A stretch of 64,000 nucleotides of DNA, taken from assembly GCA_052327205.1 (NCBI GenBank), contig CM126207.1, forward strand, positions 79,670,001 to 79,734,000, written 5' to 3'. This DNA comes from Somniosus microcephalus (Eukaryota). The notes beneath the pieces are model-generated. The model was not told where the DNA came from, searched no databases, and saw nothing but the letters and a program-made list of their open reading frames with translations. The translations under genes and the position numbers were made by a program. Shown here in pieces: positions 51,475 to 61,570 of this stretch. The first letter of the stretch is position 1, and every line of letters starts with the position of its first letter.

Positions 51475-52304
51475 GCGGGAAAAATTTGGTTGGTTAGCAC
51501 CTCCTGTTAGCGCCTCCGAGGGGCGCTAGGAACTTAGCACCTGAGCGTGGTGATTTTAGCGCCACTCGTGAAATTGACCAGTCATTTTGCGGCGGCGCTA
51601 ATCACTACCGCCACGATCTCCTGCGCCCGCAGATCGTGGCATCAGTCAAGCGTGCAACGCCCTGGTAATGCCCCGGACCAGAAATTGAATCGCGCCCCCT
51701 GCCTTAGTGCCTGCTGCTAGGAACGACAGGTAGAAAGGAATGTTTTCAAGTCGGGAAGGGGCTGGGGGAGCGCTATTTAAAGGCGGGCGCTTCCTGCCTT
51801 TTCTTGTCGGCAACATTTTTGGTACACGCAGGTTGAGAGGGAGAGAGACGTTTGGAGAGATTTAACACTGTCCTAAGGAATTTTGATCCTCAGCACCACT
51901 TTTGAGGTTCCTAAGCGCCGAGCTCTTTCCCTGGGCATATCCATTAGTGCTTCCAACATAATTGCTTTAGAGGTCTCTCCAGGCTGAGATTCAAGGCTGC
52001 AATGAGTAGGGTGTGGCTGGCCAGCAAGATGGCCCCTCCCCTTTAAGAACTGGACGGCGCCAGTCTGTCTGGCATCCATGGTAACTGACATCGCCTGAGC
52101 TTCGGTAGCGTTCTGAGGTAGCGCCTCGCTCCCCGATGTTTGCGCCTAAGAGAGGTGTGTAGCGCCTGATTTATCACTCAAATCACCTCCTATATTCGCT
52201 GGAGGCGAATTTTGCAGTCGGAGGCGATAATTAGTGCCGGGCGCTAAACTTTGCACCCAGCCGATATTAACACCCCAAAATGGGCTATACACAATTTTTC
52301 CCCC
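51475..52304. mobile_element. Harbinger-like MITE just downstream of the IL12A stop codon
   Basis: TIR GCGGGAAAAATT / AATTTTTCCCCC, 3-bp TSD AAT (51472-51474, 52305-52307). Confidence 0.8.
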
Positions 52305-52330
52305 AATACCTTTCCCACAGAAAAAGAGAG

Positions 52331-52363
52331 ATAAATAATAAATAAATACTTAAATAAATAAAT
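52331..52363 (-). promoter_or_regulatory. AU-rich element cluster in the IL12A 3' UTR
   Basis: Minus strand reads AATTTATTTATTTAAGTATTTATTTATTATTTAT (overlapping AUUUA pentamers) ~130 nt after the stop codon. Confidence 0.8.
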
Positions 52364-52490
52364 TGTTCTGAGAGGAGTGTTGTATTATCGTGGATAAAAT
52401 TTGATATAAATAGAAAAATAGTGCAAAAAATGTAAAGTTGAGGGACCACAAATGACTCCGCTGTGTGGAGAATATTTACATTTTACACAG

Positions 52491-52679
52491 TTACTGTTTG
52501 CTGTCATTGTTCAGATAGTTCATCACTCTGTTGATTGTGATAGTACGCAACCTGAAGGCCTGCAGGATTTTGCACAGAACCATCCTCTGGGGAAAGTCGA
52601 TGACAGGTTTCTCTTCATCGTCTGTTGTTGAGCCACCTTCGAAATATGCATCTTCATAGGTTGAATCAGCATTAAGAGC
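52491..52679 (-). CDS. IL12A: IL12A last coding exon (helix D)
   Basis: Acceptor ttttttcatag; ALNADS...[28 protein letters not shown] parallels human ALNFNS...LCILLHAFRIRAVTIDRVMSYLNAS. Confidence 0.95.
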   Translation of the reverse strand, partial: ALNADSTYEDAYFEGGSTTDDEEKPVIDFPQRMVLCKILQAFRLRTITINRVMNYLNNDSKQ

Positions 52680-55600
52680 CTATGAAAAAAACATAAACTA
52701 ACTATAATTAGGAAACTGATTTTGTATTATAAACAGATAATTGTTTATGAATAAATTAGCAAATTATTTATTTAAACTGAAATTAAATCTGAAATGAGTA
52801 ACAGCTTAGAAGGTTTTGCTTTTAGAAATTCAAATAGGTAGGCAATAAAATTCAAGATATGCATAATAAGGAATGAATATTTATATATTTAATTAAACAG
52901 AACTTAACGGGTTATCTAATGGGTATAAACATACCCCAGAGAGGATATAAAAAAGAGTGATTGTAAAAATAGAAGCAAATTCAAAGAAAATAGACAGACA
53001 ACAGAAAAATGAAATAGGAAATAGAAATAAATGGAAAGAGGTGGAAGAGCAACCACAGAAAAAATAGAAAGAAAACACAGAAACAGGGATAGAAAGGTGC
53101 ACAGCCAACAGTGCATGGAACATACAGTAAAATGGGATTGGATGGGGTTGCAATAAAGGTATGAACTGTAAACAACAAATGAATTAAACAGACAGTGCTG
53201 GAAACATACAGCGGGTGGATCAGTATGTGAAAGATTAAAGTTTCCCGAGTCCTGATGAAGGCTTACATCCCAATCATTAACTTTTCTTTGAATCTTACAC
53301 TGGTATGTTCTCAGGAGCACACTAATCAGTTGGACCAGAGTTGTTACACTGTTCGTCTGCTCAAGTGAATTTATTGCTGCCTTCCTGGACATATGTATAT
53401 GATTGACATCAGCAATTGATATTAAAGAAAACTTTCAGAAATGTGAAGCAAAATGGAGTTGATAAAAGCAACATTTCACAGTAAAAGTACTGAACACTTT
53501 GGGGAAAGAAACTCTCCTGCGAGGAGCATTGCTTATGCAATTCATGGAGTCATGACATGGCACAAGTCCCTGGAGTGGGTTCAAGTCCCACTCCAGGAAC
53601 TAAAAACACAAAAATCTAGGCTGACACTCCAGTGCAGTGCTGAGGGAGTGCTACATTGTCGGAGGTGCCGTCTTTCAGATGAGACGTTAAACTGAGGCCC
53701 GTCTGTTCTCTCAAGTGGACGTAAAAGATCCCATGGAAGAGCAGGGCAGTTATCCCCGGTAGCCTGGCCAATATTTATCCCTCAATCAACATAACAAAAA
53801 CAGATTATCTGATCATTATCACATTGGTGTTTGTGGGAACTTGCTGTGTGCAAATTGGCTGCCGCGTTTCCTACATTACAACAGTGACTACACTCCAAAA
53901 GTACTTCATTGGCTGTAAAACGCTTTACGAAGTCTGGGGGTCGTGAAAGGCGCTATATAAATCCAAGTCTTTTTTTCCACAGTCCTGCAATGTGCTGGTC
54001 TGTATTCAAATTCAGGCAGACCCCAGCAGAAGGCAGAAGGGATGTGAAATCACATACAGGAGATGATTGTACTCCTCCCCATTGGATGCTCTTACGCTAC
54101 AGCCGGGAATATTCTTGGGAGTTCTCCGGATTGGCTGGCATAACTTCGGCAGAAGATTGGTGGAAACCCCATTTACGTGATTTATCTGGGGTTTCCGATG
54201 ATCTTCCACTGAATTTACGGTAGTTGATCGGGTGAACCTCTGCCCCGAGCAGATTCCTGTCATACAACTTCAGCACAATTGTGAAACTGATTCCACTACA
54301 CAGAGTGCCACATTTTGGGAATTTTTGATCATTTTTCCATAAAAAGGATTTGGAAGTGAATTACACCCAGGTTTAGAATTTTCCTTTACAGCATAAACTA
54401 AAACTGCCGTGACTAAGAAGAGTTTATATTGTTATTAAGCCAGGCATTGAAGATGTGTTTGCACAACAACCAAGGACATTAGTTAATTCGCTCTAATTTC
54501 AAGCTTCCAAGAACATCCACACCTATTATCATTGCAATGATCCTTTAATTTCAGCCCTGCCGAGAATTCACTCTTTGGGTGGGGAGGGGAAGAGGTTGTT
54601 TGGTTAACAAGTCTACTGATAAATTAAGGAATGGGGAAGAGGGACAGTCTTCCCCCTCACCCCCACCCACTCCCACCAGCCCGCCACCCCCCCCCCGCCC
54701 CCGCCCACACACACACACACACACACACATTTCTTGTGGTCAGAAGTAATTAAAAAAGAAGCGAAAAACCCATGTGGAAGGTGGGTCCGTGATAATGACA
54801 TGCAGAGAGAAAGGCAAGAGCAGCCTAGGCAGTTTATTGTAAGGCTCATGCCGAACAAGCCCGTGTCTGTTTCCATGCTAAGACAGTATAAAAGCAAGTG
54901 TATTTAGAGCATTAACCTTAACAGAGCAGCATAGCTTATTTTTCTTATCCGTGAAGGGGAATTTGCAGTTAAATAATGTGAGTTTTGATTATAACCGTTA
55001 CTCTGTATGTTCATTGATGTTTGTAATGTAAAATGATTAGTATCTGGCCTTATCCCATTAAAGTGTTTTCAGTCTTCCTACAGAAAGATTGTGAGAAAGA
55101 CACTATATCTAGTTCAGATCACAAAGAGTACTATTGTTACACCATTGGGTTATTGAGCAGTATAGGAGAACTCATGAACGTGAGACATAGGGAGGGACAA
55201 GTGCCACTGAATCCGAGAGAATATTTAAAGTAGATCTGAAGTTTATAACACAGTGACACTAAGGTTGTGGTGTAATCCGCAGCATAACAAAGACCACCTA
55301 CTTCCACCTCCTTAACATTGCCCGTCTCTGCCCTTGCCTCAGCTCATTCGCTGCTGAAACCCTCATGCCTTTGTTACCTCTAGACTTGACTATTCTAACG
55401 CACTCCTGGCTGGCCTTCCACATTCCACCCTAGGTAAACTTGAGGTCATTCAAAACTCGGCTGCCCGTGTCCTAACTTGCATCAAGTCCCGTTCGTCCAT
55501 CACCCCTGTGCTCGCTGACCTACATTGGCTCTCGGTTAAGCAGTGCCTCGATTTCAAAATTCTCATCCTTTGTTTTCAAATCCCTCCATGGCCTCAACCC

Positions 55601-58600
55601 TTCCTATCTCTGTAATCTCCTTCAGCCCCACAACCCTCCGAGATATCTGCGCTCCTCTAATTCTGTCCTCTGGAGCATCCCTGATTACAATCGCTCAACC
55701 TTTGGTGGCCAGGCCTTCTGTTGCCTCAGCCCTATGCTCTGGAATTCCCTGCCTAAACCTGTCTGTCTCGCTACCTCTCTTTCCTCCTTTAAGATGCTCC
55801 TTAAAACCTACCTCTTTGACCAAGCTTTTGGTCACCTGCCCTAATTTATCCTTATGTGGATCAGTGTCCATTTTTTTTGTCTTAAAATACTCCTGTGCAG
55901 CACCTTGGGACATTTTACTATGTTAAAGGCACTATATAAATACAAGTTGTTGTTGTTGTTGTGTAAATCTGAAGTCAGGACTTTGAAACACTGGTTTGAC
56001 ACCAGAAGCAGTGTAATTACTCTTAAACTGGACATAAAAAGTTTCTGGGAATCCTTTGGAGCTCCTGGAAACTTTTTTAATTTAACTGGAATTCATTCAA
56101 ATGTTTGCACAATGCAGACACTACCGCCTACACTGCTGCCAATACTGTCTAGACATTTAAATCTTAACAGCTGGGAGAGGAGGTCTGCGCACGCATACAA
56201 GTGACATGTGCCAGGCAATGACTATCTCCAACAAGCGAGAGTCTAACCACCTTCCCTTGACATTCAACGGCATTACCATCACCGAAACCCCCACCATCAA
56301 CATCCTGAGGGTCACCATTGACCAGAAACTTAACTGGACCAGCCACATAAACACTGTGGCAACAAGAGCAGGTCAGAGGCTAAGTATTCTGCGGCGAGTG
56401 TCTCACCTCCTGACTCCCCAAAGCCTTTCCACCATTTACAAGGCACAATTAAGGAGTGTGATGGAATACTCTCCACTTGCCTGGATGAGTGCAGCTCCAA
56501 CAACACTCAAGAAGCTCGACACATCCAGGACAAAGCAGCCCACTTGATTGGCACCCCATCCACCACCTTAAACATTCATTCCCTCCACCGCTGGCATACC
56601 GTGGCTGCGGTGTGTGCCATCTGCAAGATGCATTGCAGCAACTCATCAAGGCTCCTTCGACAGCACCTCCCAAACCTGCAAACTCTTCCACCTAGAAGAA
56701 CAAGGGCAGCAGACGTATGGGAACACCACCGCCTCCAAGTTCCCCTCCAAGTCACACACCTGACTTGGAAGTATATTGCCGATCCTTCATCGTCGCTGGG
56801 TCAAAATCCTGAAACTCCCTCCCTAACAGCACTATGGGAGTACCTTCACCACATGAACTACAGCGGTTCAAGAAGGCAGGTCACCATCACCTTCTCAAGG
56901 GCAATTATGGATGGGCAATAAATGCTGGACTTGCCAGCGACACCCACATCCCATGAATGAATAAAAAATAAGTCTGGGCAGCAGAACTTAAGTCTCAGTC
57001 GGGTATTGTAAATGGGGTACTGTCTGGCTTAAACCTGAACTGCAGCTACCAACAACAATTACTTGCATTTATATATAGAAACATAGAAAATGTTTAACAT
57101 AGAAAAATGTTCCAAGGTGCTTCACAGAGGCGTAAGGAAAATGGACATCACACCAAAGAGGGAGCGATTAGGAGCGGTAACCAAAAGCTTGGTCAAAGAG
57201 ATGGGTTTTAAGGAGGGAGGTGCAGAGGTGATACAGTTTAGGGAAATAATTCCAGAGAGTGGAGCATAGATGGCTGAAGACATGGCCAGCAATGTTGGGG
57301 TGAAAGGAGGACGAGGGATGCACAAGAGATTGGAGTCAGAGGAGCAGTGAGAAATGGAGAGGGAGTTGTAAGGCTAGCGGAGGTTACAGAATTAGGGAGG
57401 GGTGAGGCTGTGGAGGGATTTAAACACAGATGAGAATTTTAAATTTAAATCATTGGGGGACTGGGAGACAATGTAGCTCAGTGAGGATTGGTGAGCCAAA
57501 TTTGGTGTGGAGTAAGATATGGATGAGTTGATGTTTATGGTGAATGGAGGATGGGAGGCTGGCTAGAAGAGCATTGAAGTAATTGTGCCTGGAGATGAAA
57601 AAAGGCATGAATGAGGCTTTCAGCGGTGGATGGGCTGAGGTGGGAGCAGAGGCGGCTGATGTTACAACAACAACTTGTATTTATCTAGCACCTTTAACAT
57701 TGTAAAACGTCCCAAGGCACTTCACAGGAGTGTTATAAAACAAAATTTGATCCCCAGCCACATAAGGAGCTATTAGGGCAGATGACCCCCAGCTTGGTCC
57801 AAGAGACAGGCTTTAAAGATTGTCTTAAAGGAGGGAAGAGAGATCGAGCAGTAGAGAGGTTTAGGGAGGGAATTTCAGAGCTTAGGGTCTTGGCAGCTGA
57901 ATGCACAGCCAGCAGTGGTTGAGCGATTAAAATCGGGGATACTCAAGAGGCCAGAATTAGAGGAGCAGATATCTCGGAGGGTTGTGGGGCTGGAGGAGAT
58001 TACAGAGAAAGGGAGGGGCGAGGTCATGGACGGATTTGCAAACATGATGAGAAGTTTAAAATCAAGGCATTGCTTAACTGGGAGCCTATTTAGATCAGCG
58101 AGCACAGGGATGATGGGTGAACAGGACTTGGTGCGAGTTACAGAGGTGTAATTTGGTAGTCTGCGTAATGGAGACAATTATGAGGCCAGAAGCTTAGATC
58201 AGGGTTGAAAAGGACCCCAAGGTTGCAGACAGTCTGGTTCAGACTGACATAGCACATTGGGAGTTTAAGTGAGGGGGGTTGGAGTCAGTGATGAGGGTAC
58301 AGAGTTTGTGGTGGAGCTGAAGACAATTGCTTTGGTCTTCGCAATGTTTAGCTGGAGGAAGTTACATCTATTCCAAGACTGAATGCCAGACTAACAGTTT
58401 GACAGCACAGTCAATGGAGGGGTTGAGAGGTGTGGTGGATAGGTAGAGCTGTGTGTCATCATTGTACATGTGGAAGCTGGCTCCATGTCTTTGAATGATG
58501 GTGCCAAGGGGCAGTATGTAAATGACAAAGAAGTGGGGTGGTCGGGGGGAAAAGATAATTCCTTAAGGGACTCTGGAGATGACAGTGTGGGGGGTGGGAA

Positions 58601-60408
58601 GAGAAGCCATTGGTAGGGATGCTCCAGCTATCATTAAATAGGTAAGAGGGAAAACAAACAAAGAACAGAGAGGTGTTGGAGGAGGATGGTATGATAGAGA
58701 ATGTCATTCATGACTTTGGACAGGGCTATTTCATTGCTGTAGGAGAGGCAGAAACCCAATTGGAGAGATTGAAACACGGAGTTGTGGGAGAGGCGGGCAC
58801 AAATTTTGAAGGCGGCAACATATTCAACGACCTTGGAAAGGATTGTGAATTTGGAGATGGGATCGTAGTTAGCGAGGTTGGAGAGTTGAGGATGGGTTGT
58901 TTGAAGTGGGTAGGTGATGGTGGTAGTTTGGAAAGCTGCCTGAATAAAGGGAACTATTTACAACATTGGGTAAATTGAGAGTCCAGGGGGGAAGAGAAGT
59001 TAAGTGATGGGTTTGGTGGGAATGGGGTCAAGGGAGCAGGAGATAGAAATGGGGCAGGAGCCACTTGCGGATGGTTGCACCTTGTAATATGCAGATGACT
59101 CAGATAATCATCATTTTTGCTTCGGTGTGAAGTGGAAACCGCCCCATACTGACAGAAATGTGATGATACAACGGCAGGATTTCTCTTTGGCATGCCATCG
59201 ACCAGCCCTACATATTCCGTGTGTATCTCGGAATTCCAGCATTCACCCCTTCTTATCCTTATCATAGAATTAAACTTTGGTTTTTAAGTTTACCTTTAAG
59301 AGGTGCGCGATGTTCTTGCACACGTTACTGGTGATATGGGTGAAATTCTGTAGCTTGGCTTGGTAGATTTGTAGATCGGTAGTAATATTTTGATAGCACT
59401 GTGGACAAAAATGGATACGGTATAATGTTAGATGCAATTTCACTCCAGTGACTGAGCTGAGAATTGAATGGAGTATTTGCAGTTATATACCTGGCTGGAT
59501 GAGAGACGGCATCCCTGGGGGTCTCCACTTTCCTTGCATCTCTCCTACAGATTCATAGAGATTTACATAAGCAGTCAGTTTGAAATGCATTAACCGAGAA
59601 AGAATTGTTCTTATCTGACAAATATTGCCAGAAATTGTCTCTGCCCTCACCTGGGCAGGGGAACAGGTCCAAGCGGTGCTGGTGTGATTCTCGGTGATGT
59701 CTTCCAGTACAATCACAGAGTCGGTGCAGTTAAACCCTCCAGTCACGTCGGGCTAATAAAGAACAATAGCATGTAACACCTTCAAAAACGCACAGACAAA
59801 TGTGTAGAAAACATTTCATTTTTTCCAGTTGAAGTTAACGAGCCAGGGATAAAACAGAACATTATTGCAGGGCACGGGTGCTGGCTAGGAACACCAATAA
59901 AAGATGAATTAATGACCCAGCCCTGTCAGCATTAATTTGTAGAGATGTATAAAGAATATTGATTCTCTTTACAATTCGCCCGGTTTCCCTGCTTGGACCG
60001 CACACAGTGCAAGAATGAATTACACAGTACTTACGTGCGTTAGACTCTCTTTCACCTCTTTAAGAAGGCGCTTTGAAATATTCAGGCAGTTTTCAACATC
60101 TATTTTATGGTGGTTATCAATCCGGGTCCCAACAGAGAAACAGGAGAGGTGAGTGGAAATCGTTAAAAAGATGACAGCGTTCCACAGTCTTGGAGCCAAA
60201 CCTGCAATTACAAAAGAAAGCTTCAAAGATCTGTGGTGACACTTGTCCACTCCATGGGTTTAATGGTATAAATCAGCCTTCCTTATACCTTCCCTTTGAC
60301 ATATACTGAGATGATATGGGGTTTGATAATACTGATATAAAGCAGATAAAGATAGCAATCATTCGCAAAGTGTCCAAACTTACCAGCGGCTTCTAATGAG
60401 AGCATCAT
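52491..60408 (-). CDS. IL12A: Interleukin-12 subunit alpha (p35), 6 coding exons, 213 aa
   Basis: join(60408-60384, 60201-60035, 59752-59651, 59544-59491, 59398-59294, 52679-52491) = 642 nt, all introns GT-AG with compatible phases. Protein: [213 protein letters not shown]. It matches p35 hallmarks: CL..S..LL, EDIT...TST...C, C...I..DL..Y, and LC..L.AFR.R..TI.RVM.YLN. Confidence 0.93.
53575..53977 (+). mobile_element. tRNA-derived SINE (SacSINE1-like), IL12A intron 5
   Basis: B box GGTTCAAGTCC, Deu-like core and AAGGCGCTATATAAAT tail. Confidence 0.85.
55285..55960 (+). mobile_element. L2 LINE 3' fragment
   Basis: Homologous to 38186-38770; ends TATATAAATACAAG(TTG)n. Confidence 0.88.
56206..56970 (+). 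mobile_element. Non-LTR retrotransposon (CR1/L2-group) 3' fragment
   Basis: CQAMTIS...[16 protein letters not shown]...[17 protein letters not shown]; 3' end ATGAATGAATAAAAAA. Confidence 0.8.
57050..59050 (-). mobile_element. Old L2 LINE remnant with a nested younger L2 3' fragment (~57665-58140)
   Basis: Two reverse-oriented L2 3' ends (57050, 57665); ORF 57875-58177 [22 protein letters not shown]. Confidence 0.7.
59294..59398 (-). CDS. IL12A: IL12A coding exon 5
   Basis: ttttgtccacag|[35 protein letters not shown]|gtaaac; parallels human CLSSIYEDLKMYQ. Confidence 0.9.
59491..59544 (-). CDS. IL12A: IL12A coding exon 4
   Basis: ctgtag|[18 protein letters not shown]|gtatat; 54 nt, phase 0-0, flanked by 106- and 92-nt introns. 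Confidence 0.8.
59651..59752 (-). CDS. IL12A: IL12A coding exon 3
   Basis: ttctttattag|[34 protein letters not shown]|gtgagg; parallels human FYPCTSEEIDHEDITKDKTSTVEACLP. Confidence 0.92.
60035..60201 (-). CDS. IL12A: IL12A coding exon 2 (signal peptide, helix A)
   Basis: taattgcag|..[22 protein letters not shown]...[20 protein letters not shown]|gtaagt. Confidence 0.9.
60384..60408 (-). CDS. IL12A: IL12A coding exon 1
   Basis: ACACCATGATG (good Kozak context) MMLSLEAA-G|gtaagt; phase 1 matches exon 2. Confidence 0.8.
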
Positions 60409-60493
60409 GGTGTCTGAGCGAGATGTCCGAGATGAAGTTGGGTTGTTTAGTTGGGCCTGTGTGCCTGTGTGCCGAGAGATCGAGTGCCGCCTG

Positions 60494-60701
60494 TAAATAT
60501 ATGCACTGCTCTCTCGGCACACAGTGTAGGTGGTGCATTGGCGGGATTCCCCCAGTCACTTCAGAAAGTGGAATAAATCTGGGACACGCAACGAAGCAAA
60601 AATTCCTTGAGTGTGTGTGTGTGGGGAGTGGAGCGGAAACACATCCCATCTTGGTTACGTTTCATGTTGTTAAATGTTTCTGTAAGTGGTTTTTCGCTTT
60701 C
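60494..60701 (-). promoter_or_regulatory. IL12A proximal promoter: TATA-like box, NF-kB site, IRF-E/ISRE
   Basis: TATATTTA (60501-60494, ~85 nt before the ATG); GGGATTCCCC (60543-60552, fits GGGRNNYYCC); GAAAGCGAAA (60701-60692, fits GAAANNGAAA). Confidence 0.7.
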
Positions 60702-61570
60702 TTTTTAATCGCCCTTTGCTTTGACTCTATTCGCCCTCGGCTTTTCTTTCTTATTTTCTATTTTGCTTCGATATTTATTTTATTTTCTATTTGTATTTCT
60801 TCAACTTTCCCGCTTTCATCTTCATTTTTTAGTGTGTGCCCAATTTCTTCCTTTGTATCGTCCTTTATTTCGTTTGATTTTCCTCATCCTATCTCACAGA
60901 AAGAAAGAAAAAAAAATCCCCGCCGAGTTTCGGGGCAGAAGGGGACAGCTCGCCTGTGTGATTGAAGTGCCAGGCGGGTCAGAGTTTCCCAAGCCACAGC
61001 ACACATAGGACAACGCACAGGAGAATCCGTGACACTTTCTCAGAAAAGCTCTCTCGATGCTTATTTCGAAGTTTTCTTTTAAATACGCATCAAGTAAGTT
61101 TCATTGATATCGCAAACGAATCTCCCCAAAAGCAAGTTTCACAGTCAAGTTAAAACTGCTCATCAATGGGGAAACGGTCCTTTTTAAAGGTAGAGTTTCC
61201 CTTTGAGGATTTTCAAAGAAAATAAAACAAAAATAGATTTCCAAATTCCATCGGGCCGATAAGGAAAAGAAACGCGACTCTTTACCAGAAATGTGCACGT
61301 TTCGAATAAAAACCTTGTCCATTCTAGAGACTGTATTACTTTTAATTAAATGTAACAGGAAAAGTACCTTTTGGATCTTAAACCCGTTTTAAGTAAATGC
61401 TGTGTGTGTATTTTTTCTGATGAGAAAGTTGACATTCGTAAACAAGCCTAGAAGTTCCTTAAGAGGTTACCTGCTATTTTAACAGAGACCTTAAGTCATT
61501 TATATTCCATAATAATAGCTCAAGCTATCATCTAAGCTGTATCTTCTCTATCTATCTATATATTTATCTA

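Noticed and set aside
53300-53392. Minus-strand ORF start with GTAAGA donor inside IL12A intron 5
   Set aside because: No p35 similarity, and its donor phase does not fit the phase-0 junction to the last exon.
59213-59265. Candidate extra IL12A exon ([13 protein letters not shown])
   Set aside because: It would need an intron of only ~30-45 nt after exon 5, and the protein is already complete without it.
60396-60965. 189-aa plus-strand hydrophobic ORF
   Set aside because: It overlaps the IL12A promoter in antisense, and its hydrophobicity comes from a T-rich low-complexity tract.
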